Below, piece after piece: positions 22,399 to 37,316 of a stretch of 64,000 bases of DNA. Location of the stretch: NCBI GenBank assembly GCA_977017645.1, contig OZ360225.1:60016001-60080000 (forward strand), read 5' to 3'. The translations under genes and the position numbers were made by a program. Positions within the stretch are counted from its first letter, which is position 1. Each line of letters opens with the position of its first letter. The notes beneath the pieces are model-generated. The model had not been told where the DNA came from, did no database searches, and saw only the letters and a program-made list of their open reading frames with translations. Origin of the DNA: Torpedo marmorata. Its lineage: Eukaryota.

Positions 22399-25300
22399 AT
22401 ATCCCAAATAACACTTCAGTGTTTGCATTGTGAGGAAGCTTATAGCTGGCAGAAAGCCAAGAATGGCTCAATTGGCAGGACTCTCGTATTTGAGTCTGAA
22501 AGTTGTGGTATTGGGTAAGGCACCCAAAAGGCTTGCTTGTTCGGGGGGCACTGGACTGTCAGAGATGCCAACTTTCAGATGGATCAATAAATGAACAATT
22601 AATTCTCTTGGTAAAACTTAAATTTCAATAAATGAACAAGAGAGCTAACCCCATCTCCTTGCCAATACTTATCACACAATAAACACAGATAACCTAGTCA
22701 TTATCACATTGCTCTTTATGGGAGCTTGTTGTTCCTACGTCTAGTACCCTTCTTACATTACAATAGATATGACACTTCAATAAACTTTCACTTGGTATAA
22801 GAGTCATTTGGGAAATGATCTAATTTTGCACAAACATTAAATTTGCATTGTAAATGTCCTCAAAAGTGACTTTTAAGTTGATCCAGTCAGATTCTGGGAA
22901 ACATGAGTCATTAAGGCAAAGTTTGGGTTTTTGCAGAGGTAGTGATGTGAGAATGTTTTTGTTGATGTAAATCTTGGCTTGTCTCAGTAGCAGGAGTCAA
23001 ATTCAGGTCATGAGATCTGAGCTCCATTCCTGGATAATATAGGCTTGGCAGACTGCAATACTTAGGGCATGTGTCATTATCAGAGATGCTCTTCAAAGAA
23101 GAGCAGAAATTTCCCCAAAGTCTATGTCAACAATCTTTTCTCAACTAATACCAATTAGATTTGGCAGTCAATAGCCTCACAGTAAATTCTCCAAACTTTC
23201 AATGGCATCACACAAGCAATGGTTGAGAAAATTGTGCCAGGTGTCATATTAGTGTTGGGATTCATACCTGCTCAGTGAACATCCACTGGAAGAATGAAAG
23301 TGGATGTTCCATTCATGGCCTCAATCAGTGTGCAAAGCTACTTGATTCCATAGCTGCCATTTAAAACTCAGTGCTCTCATCAATGCCCATCCTTAACATA
23401 GCATAGCGGAACAGTAAGGATCTATACCAATACTACTTACAGATTGGTTGTTGACGGCTTTCTTCTGGTTCCTGGCACAATTCTACAAGTGTTTCTGAAT
23501 TCTGCAGTTGTTTCAAATTACATAAGTACTTTGAAAAGTCTAATGAGAACTCGGCTCGTTTCTGTCGCTACAAATACTGCCTGGCCTGCTGGGTATTTCC
23601 AGCATGCCCTGTTTTTATTCTGTTGGGGCAGATGAGGCAGGTTTGATTGGCTTTGTTCTTGCATTCACAATGTACAAATAAACCAGCTGTTCTGGTATAC
23701 ATTCCATTTGGAACAAAGCATGTGCAGGAGAATAATCACTGGGCACCTGGCACAGGACATGCTGGAATAAAGAGGATGGACTCTCAGTGGGAGGTCATTC
23801 CACTCAACATTCTCATGGATAAAACATCAAACTGCTGGAGGAACTCAGGGTCAGGCAGCATCCAGGGAAATCTCCCTGCTGACCTACTGAGTTCCTCCAG
23901 CAGTTTTTACTCTAGATTCCAGCATCTGCATTCTCCTGTGTCTCCATTATCATGGAACAGTTTTCTGACCCAAACCTGTGTGAGGAGCAAAGTAAGATGT
24001 CTACATTCAGTGAAATATTCATTCTACATCCAAAACTGCAATCTTAGAGCATGTCAGGGACTACATTGCCAGCTGTTGTTAAGGAGACAGTGACAAAAAT
24101 ATTTATATTGCTAAATTCTTCCATGATAGAGCTGGAGATACTTGCATGCAGATCACTTTATGGGTAATGCATGGTTGCTTTGCATTAAAACTAAAGTGGA
24201 GTTAATTCCCTCAACACACTACTGTGGGTCAAAGCCGAGGAAATGGCTGATCACTTTGGGAATGCACATACAGGTAACAAACAAACAATGAAAGCCATAC
24301 AGAATAGGAAATTGACCCATTGGAGGAGTCCCGTTCAGCGTCAATCCATGTTGTGGTCTGCTTCATGCTCCTCCACCTTGTTACCCCTTGCTATGAGCCA
24401 CATGATGATACAGATGAGCAGGAGCAGAATGAGAAAAAGGTGAGCAGGTGAGGAGGCAAAATAGACTCTTCCTTTTTGCCAATATTGTCAATTTCAGCTC
24501 ATCTGAATATGATGATGGTAACTGTACTCTCAATAACTCATTCACCATTCGTCTCACACATTTCCTTCCCTCTGTCACTGACCATGGTTCCATCCATCTT
24601 ATTCTAAAATTAGGAGCCCGCACAAGTTGAACATTCCTAATCAAAGAACAATGAAATTATATCATATTACACAAAGTGGTGACATTGCCTGTCCTAATTC
24701 TCCAATGTAGCACTTCCCCAATAGCTACAATGTGGCTAGTATAATGCTACTGACATTCTAAGGAGACTACAGATGGACTTGATGAACAACCTCAAGCAGC
24801 AGTAGGCCTAGAAGGCCTGGCTGTGGACCATGTCAACCTCAGAATAGCCTGAGCTGACCAACAAACGGACAAGAGTAGGGGTGGGATAGAATCTAACCTC
24901 TGTGCTACGTATAGTGCCAGCCTTCACCTTCTTCTAGACATCAGGCGGGCCTCACAATCCACCAAGAATTTATTTGTGTATCCCTTTTGTCAATGATTTA
25001 TCAAAGTTCTTATCTGAGTTACTTGAAACCTGTACCCTCCTACAAGGTAGTCTCTACACTACACTGACCCCTGGTCTAACTGTCCCCAGTGTCTCAATAG
25101 TGCCACTCATGACACTTTAAATTACATGTCATCATCTGAGCTAACATGTGAGGTCAGGTCACCTCATATGCCTTCAAAGTCCTGATTCTCTTGCATGGTT
25201 AAATATTTTGACACTGCCATTTTTGCATTAAAATGTAATGAACTCCAACTTTGAGCTCCATATCCCAACTTGCTTTGAAAACAGAACATGTTTTCAGGCA

Positions 25301-28300
25301 CAAATAATGAGCACATCTCTGTTAATCATGATGAAGTGTTGATTTTAATTGAGAGATTGTTTCAGGAGGATCCATTCAGTTTGTTTTGAACAAGGCCTTT
25401 TTGGGTTTTATTTTGAGGGGTGAGATAAAACCAAATTAAATTATAAAAATGCAAGAGTGAATGAGGGCTGAGGATGGGAGATGAATTAAGGTAAAGGCCA
25501 CTCTATATTTTCCCATTAAAATCCCTGAGCTTTCACAACATGGGTTAGATATCGCCCTTGGTTCCCTCACAAAAAGAAAATAGGAGGGATCTAGTGACTT
25601 TCTCATATTGGCATACATGCCCTCTAGACTTCCGCAGACCAAACCTCCCAGCTATGTAACATGATGTTCCATTTTGCGGACATTGTGCATTGGGAATTCA
25701 CCATCTATGCTCTTATTTGTGAATTAGGTCAATGGAATGAGTCTGGGATGGGTTAACCTGACCATCTGAGTAGTTAATGGTCATTTGAAAGGGAGTAGGT
25801 TACATCCTATCTTATCTGCCTTTGAAACAATCAGTAGCAACATCATCCCCCTCCACTTTTACCGAGGACCAAGGCAGTTTTAAAGAGCAAAATGCACAAG
25901 CAAAACCATTTAATGACCCAGAAAGTTGGTGATTAAAAATGGGCACACATGGAATCCAACCTCATAAAACAACACAAGAGATTACTGAACCTAACTAAGA
26001 GTCGAAATTAGTGAACCGAGCATTGTCGAAATTTAGGCTAAATTAACACCAACAGAGTGGTTGATTGCAACTATAAATTCCCCTGTTGAAAATAAAATGT
26101 ACCAAGCTGAATCCAAAGCATTTAGCCTACAAAGAAAGACAGATTGCTCACTGAATACCTCAAACTTCAACACACCATTTTGCACCACTGTCAATGTTGT
26201 AACAAATAAATTTCCGCCATCCCGTCCCTCACATCGCCACCGTTAATATATGCAGGTTTACAGCAGGAGCAAGATATGATTCATTTAAAATGGATGACGC
26301 CGAGGTGCGTTTAATTGGAAATATGGAGGACAAACCGCATAACAGAAAAATGTTTCGCGCAACTGAAACATCACTTTGTGACATAGGCCATCTAATACCG
26401 ACCCAGAAGGAAACTCATTTATTAATGATAGAGAAAACCAATATAAAATAAAACTGCTTGGTTACATCTCAAATCAGTCAGCATCTGTACAGTGAAACCA
26501 AAGTTACTAATTCGAGTGTTAATCCTTAATCAAGTCTCGCAACCGAAAATGTAACGCATTTTCTCAGTATTATTGAATGGGCGTTAATTCTTCTATTCTG
26601 TAGACAAGAAAACTGATTAATCGCAAAAACAGACAACACAGCGCCGCTCCTCTTTGGTCTCCTATTGCTCCAAGTCCCTGTAACTCAGGCTATTTGTCAA
26701 AGATCACTCCAAGCAGCGGAACACTCGAAAACGTTTCGTTTCTTGATGCATTCCATTAGTTCCCACGATCCTTCATTTTTAACTGCCAGCGAAAGTCTTA
26801 CTCAACTTTTTTTAAATCAGTTACAAATAATTAGGAACTTTGTTTTTAACTTGTTCTTCATACTTCTCCGCACTTTTGTGACTTTTCTTTTCGTTTAAAC
26901 AAACATTCGTTACAATGGATGTCTGGGCGGAGTTGGGGGCGTGAGTATACGAGGTAGAAAGGTCTAATGACCCAGAAAGTTGGTTGCGAAACGCCCGTGG
27001 TTTGATGACTATTTCGCTACTGTTGAGTCCACTTCGCCCTCCGGTCGGCGGATCATCTCTACAGTGTAATTCTTAAAAGTTTTTGCAGGAACGCTGACTT
27101 TTTACTAAAACCACCTTTAACACAAAAAAATTGAGTGCAGAAAATATATTGTTGTAATTCAGGTTGCTTTGTGATTATGACTCTTGAATAACACCCCAAG
27201 GGTGAGGTTACTATTTAATGGTTAAACGCCCTTTATTTTTAATTCAGATACAATAACAACCGGCCTCTTTGGGAAAGGTAGGCTGTGTATGTAATAAATG
27301 ATTTAGCATGAAATATTTAATTGGAACCAAGCAGATGTCGATTCCAGTCTCTAAACCTGATTATACCTCAGACATGTTAGGCAAGCATTAATGATTGATA
27401 ATGGCGCTAATTAACCCTAACCCTCCCCATAAACACACGCAGTATTGTTAGATAACAGAGACCAGTACGTTTTTTCACAGTCAGGAAGCCGTGCACAAAT
27501 TTCTGCCAGAGAGACACATCTGATCACCCCACCAGGAGCACCCATTAGCAAATCGCAGCTCCCAAATCAAAAGTCATATCTCGCAGGAAAAGTCTGACCA
27601 GGTCCACGAAAACCATTGGGACAAATACGATGTTCTTTAATTTAAGAACCTGTGTTTTCTTCCATATATCGGAGATGTAGTGCAGTAATATCATTGGTGA
27701 AATATTCCGGACAATGACTAAACAATATCCAGCTTTTTAAAAATACTATAACAACAAGACAAAATGGATTGATTAGAATTGGGGTTCCAGGAGGCAGCTA
27801 TCATTAATATTAATGTCTTGCGATTGAGACGGGATTGCTCGCATATGAATCAACAACACAAAGACATATTCAACATGACAAAATTCTGCTTCATAATCTT
27901 TGCTTTCTAACTTTTAAAAAAAAACTTTTAATGCAATTGCAAGATTACACTGTACTGTTTGGACATGCATATCATTCCTATAAAATATCAGTCGCTACAA
28001 TAAACTCGGAGATATTCATTTTGCCAACTCAAAGTTATTTAAAATTAAGGTACACTTCCCGAACGTTTACATCTCTGATCTCGCGTTCGGTATTTAATAA
28101 ATAAGCTTTGATTTTATTTTAATTGTTTTCATCTCTCTTCCCCTGTATAAACAGCAGACTTGAAATAATGTTTATGAATGCCATTGTGCCCGAGGTAAGT
28201 ACAGTATCCCACACACATTTTGAGATCTGGCCAGGAAAAACAGTTCTGATAGACAACGCTTCACCTCACCTGCTATCATTGCGCATTTCATTTATGTATC

Positions 28301-28355
28301 ACACACACACACACACACTTTTTCTTTTTCTCTCTCTGCCTCTCTCTCTCACACA

Positions 28356-28387
<32 letters not shown>

Positions 28388-28983
28388 GGTTTATCTGGCT
28401 CAGAATTTCGCTGTGTATAATATATGGGAAAACTAACTTATATTTGACAAATAATTAAACAATGCGGTCAACAAGAAACAAACGAGCTTATTATATACTA
28501 TATATTAAACTTCTCTTATCTCATAGATTTATTCCATCTCTTAGTTGAGGGATTATTGCGCGCATGCCATGCACATTGCTTTATTTAGGAATCATCAAGC
28601 CTGTAAAAATATAATATAAAAAGGGTAATGTCGCTTTGAAACTTATTGTCTTAAATCTATTGGCTGCATTGTACTCTAGCAATGAAAAATACTTCACGCA
28701 TTGATTCTGCAGGGTGGGGGGCGGTGGTAGAAACGTCGACTTATTAAAACAGACAGTAAACAATACGCAGTATTTCTGAACATATCTTACTGAACATCCG
28801 CTAGAATATATTAAAACGATTAACATTATCCAAAAACCTGCCATTGGGAATGCAGAGTGTTAACGAGTTAAACAGCAGATCGACATTTTATAACCACAGT
28901 ATCATAGAAATGTGCAAGGTTTATTTAGTGACTTGTCACATCATTAGGTACATTATTTCAGGGGACTAAAGACACGAGCAACA

Positions 28984-29165
28984 CACCCTTCTCCATCTCC
29001 ACCCCGCCTCCGCCCCACCAATCCACGTCCTTCACCCCCCCCCCCCACCCTTCTCCATCTCCACCCCGCCTCCGCCCCACCAATCCACGTTCTTCACCCC
29101 CCCCACCCTTCTCCATCTCCACCCCGCCTCCGCCCCACCAATCCACGTCCTTCACCCCCCCACCC
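28984..29165 (+). repeat. C-rich ~60-bp minisatellite x3 (G-rich on the TFAP2A sense strand)
   Basis: CACCCTTCTCCATCTCCACCCCGCCTCCGCCCCACCAATCCACGTCCTTCA(C)n repeated three times with variable poly-C. Confidence 0.9.
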
Positions 29166-29460
29166 CCACTCTTCCAAACCACCACCGCCACCTTTTTATC
29201 ATTTATTTTGATTACGACTCAATAAACTACCAGAGCAAGCCTGTTCAACTCTAACTTGAAGTTCAAGTTTTTTTTTATTATACTTGAGGGAAACAATGGG
29301 TTCAGCTGCTTATTGCAGGGGAGCAATTGCCAAGGGAGAGTTAAACCCAATTACTGCAAGCCATACAGAAAGGCTGCAGGAAAATACTGCCAAGTAAAAA
29401 TACGCCTGGGCAAAAGAAAGCCACTGAATAAAAAAAAATCGACATAAAGCGTATCAAATA

Positions 29461-29466
29461 TTTATT
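29461..29466 (-). terminator. Candidate TFAP2A polyadenylation signal (AATAAA)
   Basis: TTTATT on the plus strand, about 1.06 kb past the stop codon. It is followed on the sense strand by the U/GU-rich TTTATGTCGATTTTTTTTT. Other AATAAA candidates exist. Confidence 0.5.
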
Positions 29467-30523
29467 TATCTGGGTAACAAAGGTCTATGATACATCGACA
29501 GGCATGTAAACTATTGCCAACACAACTCTATATAATACAGCTAAGAACTGTTTCCAATTTAGCCACCGGTCATACAAGATATCAGCTCGTCCCAAATGCT
29601 GTCAGTCCAACAATAAAATACTAAACCGTTCTATAGACAATATCAGTTTATTGCTCTGGTTTTTCAGTAGGGAAAGAAGACATGGTGTCAGATAATTCCT
29701 TTGTCACAACACATGGGATATTTTAAAACACAAAAAAACATCACAGATGCTTTTTTAAAAAAAATAGGTATAATTCTTAAATTCGAATTTCTGTGGTATT
29801 ATAAACTAAATTCGATGCTTATCATATAAAACTCGTTTCCCCCCCCCTCTTGGATTTTGTTCAACTGTTTATCGCCACAACATGCTACAGAGGGCTAAAA
29901 TGTGTTTCCCAGGGTTACCCCAATATCTTTCTAAGTACCATAAAATCACGGAAAGGTCTACTGTATTTGATGAAGATTAAAACCCACTAACAGGAGGTAA
30001 ACGATATCACCAGATAAATAAAATAAAGGTTTAAACAGACGCACCATATTTACAATTCCCATTAAATTACACATAAATAAATATATACATACATGAACAC
30101 TGTTTCCCTTATTACACCATGAACTGCAAGATGCAATATATTCATCAAAATTCATCAATACCTTAGAGGATTTCTTTTTTATCCCAGCAACGATGGTTAT
30201 GACAGAAGAACTGCTCGACTTTACTTACAATACTGATAAAATGTGCTTTCGTTGCCTTCTTTAAATGATTGTGACTACAATCTTAACAGACTTAGACAAC
30301 GAGGGATATGTCATTCAAGACGCAGTCCGATGAAGGTTTAACTCGGTAAAAAAAGTTTTAGAAACTTCTCGTCTTTTTTTCTCTCTCAAAAAGCAGTTCA
30401 ATTTTCTTCATCGCCTTCTTTCTTTGCTAAGGCTCCGAGTCCAGGTTGAGGGGAAACAGTCACAACTATATGACAACTTTTAAATGTTTTGTTTCTTTAG
30501 GAAATTGTACGTTTGCTATCCAA

Positions 30524-30815
30524 CTACTTTCTGTGTTTTTCGTCCTTATCGCCGCTTTTACTGGGATTTTCACCCGTGTGGTTATTGGGAGTATTGTTCA
30601 TATACATTTTGTCCATGGCTTTGAGTGCTTCGGTGAGATAGTTCTGTAAGGCGGTTATAGCAGCGCACAGGGCTGGACTCCCGAAGCCGTGTGTGATTAG
30701 ACTGAAGTGAGTCAGGCAACTCTGAATACCAGGCTCCAAGATCGGGGCAGGTCGTGAGTTCCCCAAAGGAGATCGGTCCTGTGTCAGCAAGTCTGTAAAC
30801 TCTTTGCAGATTTGT
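30524..30815 (-). CDS. TFAP2A: TFAP2A exon 7 (last coding exon, 292 bp including stop)
   Basis: Acceptor ttttcag. Encodes [52 protein letters not shown]. Confidence 0.97.
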
Positions 30816-32510
30816 CTGAAAATTAAGATAACAGGTTGTAATGTTTAACTTGCAGCATCCTTCCGGATTAGAGGACTTCGGTGCGGGTAGGGGAAGGATT
30901 AATGGGGCAACAACTTTTATTCAGCACTGTTGTTTGGAACCATACTCAAGCTAAGTTCCGAGCGCTTCGCCCTGCGTCTCTGACATAGAATAGACCACCT
31001 TTGAAATGCTTCTGTTTCAAACGTCACTGCTAAGGAATATATGTTTGTCCTGGATAATGTGGGTAACGTTTAAAGCGAATATTGGTTCGTATTTACCCCA
31101 CACTGCTATAGCAGACACTTTCTTGATTTCGTCTGCACTTATTGAGTGGCTTAATGGATGATTATTATCTTAAGTGAGTATGTTAATATCAAATCGACCC
31201 CGATCATTAGAATTAATTAAGTGTGTTTCATTATGAATTCTTGATAAGTAATTTTTGAAACAGTAGCAAAAACCGGGGTGCACGTTTTAGCAAAAGGTAT
31301 CTGTATTTTGAGCGGTCATGCACAGAAACTACAATTCAGAAGTTTAAAAAACGATTTTTGATACACAAGGCATTCTAATATGAAGTTTAGAATGCTAATA
31401 AGCGAAAGCAATTATCTGACAAGTTAGTTTTCACTTAGTTAGTTTTCCCTGAAGTTTGAACTAGTCTTTGCTTGCATTTGGTGGGGGGGATCTGATATAC
31501 TGCGTGCATCCCATCTTAAGTGACAAATTGGTGCAACAAATACAAATTAGCATAATGGAATGCAGAGAGCGGTAACAATTATATTGTCCTCTAGCGCTGC
31601 AGTCTTAGAAAAATCAGATTAATTAATATGCATAAAATAGTCACTATAATCCAGATAACTCATATCATCCATTATGTTTGTGCATGCGCTTTGGGTGTGT
31701 GTGTGTGTGTGTGTACACGTGTCTGAATGAGTGCTTGTGGGAGTTCCTTTGATTGAATTTGCTATTTTATAGTTATGTTTGGAATTCTATGACGTTTAAT
31801 TTGCTGAATTTATTTTCAAAGTAGAATATATTCCTCACTCTGAAGTCCGAATATGTCACACCTGAAAGAATGCTTACTTCACTGGTAGTGCAATCATCAA
31901 TACAAATTGCTCTACCAACCTCCAAACGCGAATACACCGCAATGCCCTTCGGTGACATTTCAGATTCTTAATTAAAGGCTAGAAAACAACCCTGGAAAAT
32001 TTCTCCAACATTTCAGCACGGATAATTTACTTTTCACACGTGCCTTTTCATCCAAGCAGTTCTGCTATACCCAATTGCTAAATAATGCTTATTAACCGCT
32101 GAGAAAATATTACAGCTTAAATAACTCCATCTGATATGTGAGTCCACAAAATGACGGTGGTTCTTGCCTCTTCACAGTGAAAGCATTGGACACCAAGTGA
32201 GGCGGCACTGCTACTGAGACCAGTAGGTCATAAAATTAATACTAATGATAACACTACAAGCACACCAGGTATGAGGGTACAGGCCTTTACGATTACTGTT
32301 TCACATTCTACACCGGAACTTTTTGCCATTTATCGCATATTTCTGAGCACTTGCCAGAATGCAAATTGACATTTTCACAACATTCATATCGTCCGATTAC
32401 GTTCTCATCAAATCCGAGCAATTCTCGCAACATATATTCACAGTTGCAGACCAGAATGCAGATCGGGTTAAAACAAAAGCTCACTTGAAGTTTTCATTAA
32501 TAAGGACTCA

Positions 32511-32666
<156 letters not shown>

Positions 32667-34933
32667 TTAATGACATGTGCGAAATGTAGGTAGATGCTCC
32701 AAATCCAATTTTAATATGACGATCGATTCTGATGATGCCAGACAGCCTTAACAAACAAACTAATGCCAGCAACCGCTCTCCAAACATTTCATAAAATTGT
32801 TTTACATAACAAATTTAAAGTGCTTCAACACCAGTTTTATGGCTCTGTAAAAAACGTAGCTGCCTTTTTACTCGCATTTTGCTGAGTAATATATCAAGAC
32901 GATTAAATTTAACGACAAGACTTAGATAAAATGGACATATGATACGTTGGTTGCAACTTTGTTTAAAATTATCCCTTTTTCCATTGGTACAACCCAGCAG
33001 TTAAAAATACGGTGGTGTCCCTTTAAATATTAAGATTCCATTGTATGATATCTAACATCCGCACATTGCAGCTTAGACGTCTTTCAGCATCTTAATGTAA
33101 GGAATAGTTCAGAAGTATCCTGCTGGATCCTTCAGACTGGTATTTGTCACAAACTAAATATTTAAAGCATGCAATAAAAAATCTTGGAAAGCTTCAGTGA
33201 GTCACTTAACGACATTACTAGGGGCTAAGTAGGGAACTGGATAGGATATCAAATAAATTGACAATATCTCTTTTGTTGTCATGCATTCAGTGCCAGTTCA
33301 AACCATGTCTATGCAACATCCTCTTGCACATAAGCATGTGTTCCGTAAACCCAATGCAACTGAACAACAAAGCACATTGTAGTAAATACAGGACAGAAAT
33401 GGCCGTTTGCTATTTTTCACATGTTGGCTCATAAACATTACAGCAGGAGAGTTCTCGTGACCCAGACTGCCTGTAGACGGCACTTAGTAAAAAGGATGAG
33501 TTGTGTGTGGATATGTTTGAACTTCTGTCGATTGTAAAAAGACTGCATGTGGATCAACTGCAGTTTAACTACACTTAAACATATAGAGGCAGTTCATTGA
33601 CCAGGCAAAATGATAATATATATAGCAAATCCGCTTGGTTTAAAGAAATTATTCAAATCAAATGCACCATATATAATCAACATTCCGGACGATTTACCAT
33701 GTTTTTATCATTACAATTAGTGAGTCGATACAATTTAAAAATAATATCTCACGATTACAAATTAACCATTTTAGAAAAAGAAGAACTCCTTGCAAACAAT
33801 AAACATATATTTGACAGTTTCTCTTAAACGGATAGAATACATCGGTCTCTGGAACCCTGTCTTTTTGTTGGTTTCAAAGCCTTTGGTTTTAATTTCCTGA
33901 ACCAGTTGGGTTTTACTGCAGGGCTTCCTGCTATTAGCCAGAACCGGAAGGACGCATGCGCCAATTAGTGCTTCAAAGGCACAGTCCAGTAACTCGTTTC
34001 CATAAAATGGAACAGATCATAAACAATAACAACAGGACACAGTCCAACAGCCTGGCCCTTAGAAATTCAACTGGTCACACATTCATCAGCAAGCCAGCAA
34101 CGCGTGAATCCACTCCTGGCTAATTATAACCCAGAACCATAATCAGATTAATGATTTTCTTTAAGAACCTCTCTCCATACTATCCTGACACACTGGTCTA
34201 TTGTAGCCATATTACAACCTACACCCTGGGCACAATGGGCATCAATTATAAACAGATACACAAACGCTTTTCACTCTTTGGTCAGTTTTAAGACATCCAA
34301 AGGGGGAAATACTAAATAAATCATAGGGTTTCGATTTGTGCTCTAACCAAACAATGCATTGGGAATATCCGTTGATTATCTCACTTTCCAAACCAAGTAA
34401 ATTAAAACATTTTCCACAGCCTCTGCGCTGTACTAGATTTTATAGCTCAACACTCCGGGAGACAATATATAGGCACAGGAATGACTGTGTCCGTCATTAG
34501 CACTTCAATCGCATGACGTTATTTCAGGCATTTGTACCAAATGCACAAAGCAATCCATCCACGTTCCACCTCCTCTACACCCCCATCCCACAAACAAAAA
34601 GCGGGTTGGAACCTTCCTACATTCCCCCCAACACACCAAGCACATCCTCTGATCACTCCAGGACCTCCCTTTACTCTTCTACTAACTCTGACAGCAGCTT
34701 ACTGTAGACATACTAAAACAGTCGTTGAAATGTTCAGCGCTAAAGCGGACGCTGTGGCTTTTCTTTCTTTTTTTTCCCCTGTCAGCACTTTGAAGGGTTA
34801 ACACAAGGCAATGACTGGTGTATGCCGGTGCGGATTACAGAAGGGCACGTGGTTCCACAAAAACAACATTTCCCGCTCCTTCACAACCATCCCAAGTGTC
34901 CTTATCCTTAATAAGGAAAAACAATAAAATTCA

Positions 34934-35131
<198 letters not shown>

Positions 35132-35745
35132 TTATTCTAAGGTGCTGAGACTATCTCACAGCAAAGAAAAAAAAATAAAACATGCTCACGCGGTGATCAC
35201 AAATCAGCTTTCAAACAAATCTGAAATTTAGCAATGCAGCCAAGATTACTTTTCTTTCTGATGCAAATAATTTAAAACAACTTTCTGCATTCGATTTTGG
35301 AATTGGCTTCATAAAACTTTTCAATTACCTTGCCCACCTTGTGTTATCTAAAGTGTGAAAAGGTTACAATAAATTCCATGCAACGCTGTAAATAACATGA
35401 TATTTAGCACAGTTAAATTATATATATAAAGTTGTTCATGGTGAAATGTATTGGTCTTAATTTATTTCAGTAACGAGTGGCTGTTTATCAAAGTATTGAT
35501 CATTGCTATTGAGCATTCATGTCGGTACCTATGGAACCATAAAGGCAATATGTGTTGCAAGTGTTAACTACTTCATCCATCTAATTTTGGAAATTAAAAT
35601 AATTAACAAAAAGCAGAAATTAAGAATTTCTGAAACTGTGAGACCTATGCTCCAAATAAAACGATTTACTGTTGTGTGTGCAGTCTTGTGCTTTCACCAA
35701 GTTGAGCTGGTTAGGAAAGCGTCCCAATGCACCAATAGCCCTCAC

Positions 35746-35977
35746 CTCCTAAGCACTCCGCCCAGCAACGAGGCGTTGAGACATTCAGGCGGAGAGAGAC
35801 GTCTCTGCACTTCCGCCACCGTCACCTTGTACTTTGATGTTGAACTGAGGAGGGAGAGGCGACCCGGAACTGAACAGAACACCTCGTTTGGGTTCGCAAC
35901 CCCGCCAAAGAGTCCGTCCTTATTGACTGAGATCGAAGTGACAGCCCCACTATGAGACTTGGATAGGGACATGGGAC
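35746..35977 (-). CDS. TFAP2A: TFAP2A exon 4 (232 bp)
   Basis: tttcag acceptor and gtgagg donor. Encodes [53 protein letters not shown]. Confidence 0.97.
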
Positions 35978-37146
35978 CTGAAACAGAAGCATCAAACAGA
36001 TCAACCTACATGAACTAGCAAAAAGGTGACTTTCCAACACTCCCCAGTCTTGGTCCCCACGAACCCTACAACTCCAACCTCCGTGCAAGTTTGTTTGTAC
36101 CGCTGCGGATTACATATTACATAAGAGTCTATCTGGCCCTTTGTCTTATTCATGGATCGGACTGTCATCAGAAGCAGCACATTGCTGCAACGTCGTCACT
36201 GAATTGTGCTTTTAGATTGTACATTTTAAGATACACATAAAATATAACCTGATAATTTCAGCATCCAGACCAAATGGAAGTGAACCACGTCTTTATTATA
36301 TGTATATTCTTTCCAAAGTTAGCTAACTAACTGCATTTTGCTGCCGATTTCAAAACGTGTCACTATCACAGTGAAGTCATTTCCATTGTGTAATAGAAAA
36401 AATGCTCCTGTGATTCAACACAGCATAAATAGATTCCTTGTTTGACAAGTATAGAATGAACTCAATTTCTAATATATTCGTGTTACACGTTTAAATCGCT
36501 AGCACTGCTTTAAATCACGTTCGTCCTTATTTGTATTTAGAGTATGTGTTAAATTAATTTCGAGGCATTTATTTTGCAATAATGTAAGCAAAGCAAAACA
36601 AGACAGTTTAGTTGCTATTATGCTGTTTTATCTAATAACATTTCAATCCCGCTGCAGTCTGCATCTGTATTTTCATCCTACAACATTCAACACAAGAGAA
36701 AGAACCATTGCTTCTCTTGAGAAAACGGGCACACGCTGGAACACCAAGACATCAGCTCCTAACTTCAATTTATCAGCTCATTTCCATCACAACAGCAAAA
36801 ACATGTAATTGGCAAGACATTAACTAGCTGTTTTCGCGAAACACCCTGCATTCGGTATAACCGGCCAAAACAAAAATGAACAATTGTGGAATTCCTATCA
36901 CTAGAACCGAATTAGATCTGAACAATGCAATGCATCCATCGAATTTCCTTCACTCTAGAGAACGAACCTGTGCAGCGATATGGTTCATTTTTATTATTGA
37001 TTGGCTAAAATGTAGGCTGGAGGTCCACGGTGCATTTGCACGTTCCCCAATTTTTAAAAAAAAACATCTCTGCCACGCAATCAAGGGCAATGCTTAAAGG
37101 TTCTCTATGTGCCACTGGAAATCTACTCTAGATCTTTGAAGGCGTC

Positions 37147-37316
37147 NNNNNNNNNNNNNNNNNNNNNNNNNNNNNNNNNNNNNNNNNNNNNNNNNNNNNN
37201 NNNNNNNNNNNNNNNNNNNNNNNNNNNNNNNNNNNNNNNNNNNNNNNNNNNNNNNNNNNNNNNNNNNNNNNNNNNNNNNNNNNNNNNNNNNNNNNNNNNN
37301 NNNNNNNNNNNNNNNN
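37147..37316. other. Assembly gap (170 N) in TFAP2A intron 3
   Basis: Run of N. Confidence 1.

Noticed and set aside
24320-24900. Possible decayed Harbinger/PIF transposase remnant (VVVCFMLLHL followed by an acidic run)
   Set aside because: Only one short degenerate motif, with no TIRs or TSD found. Too weak to call.
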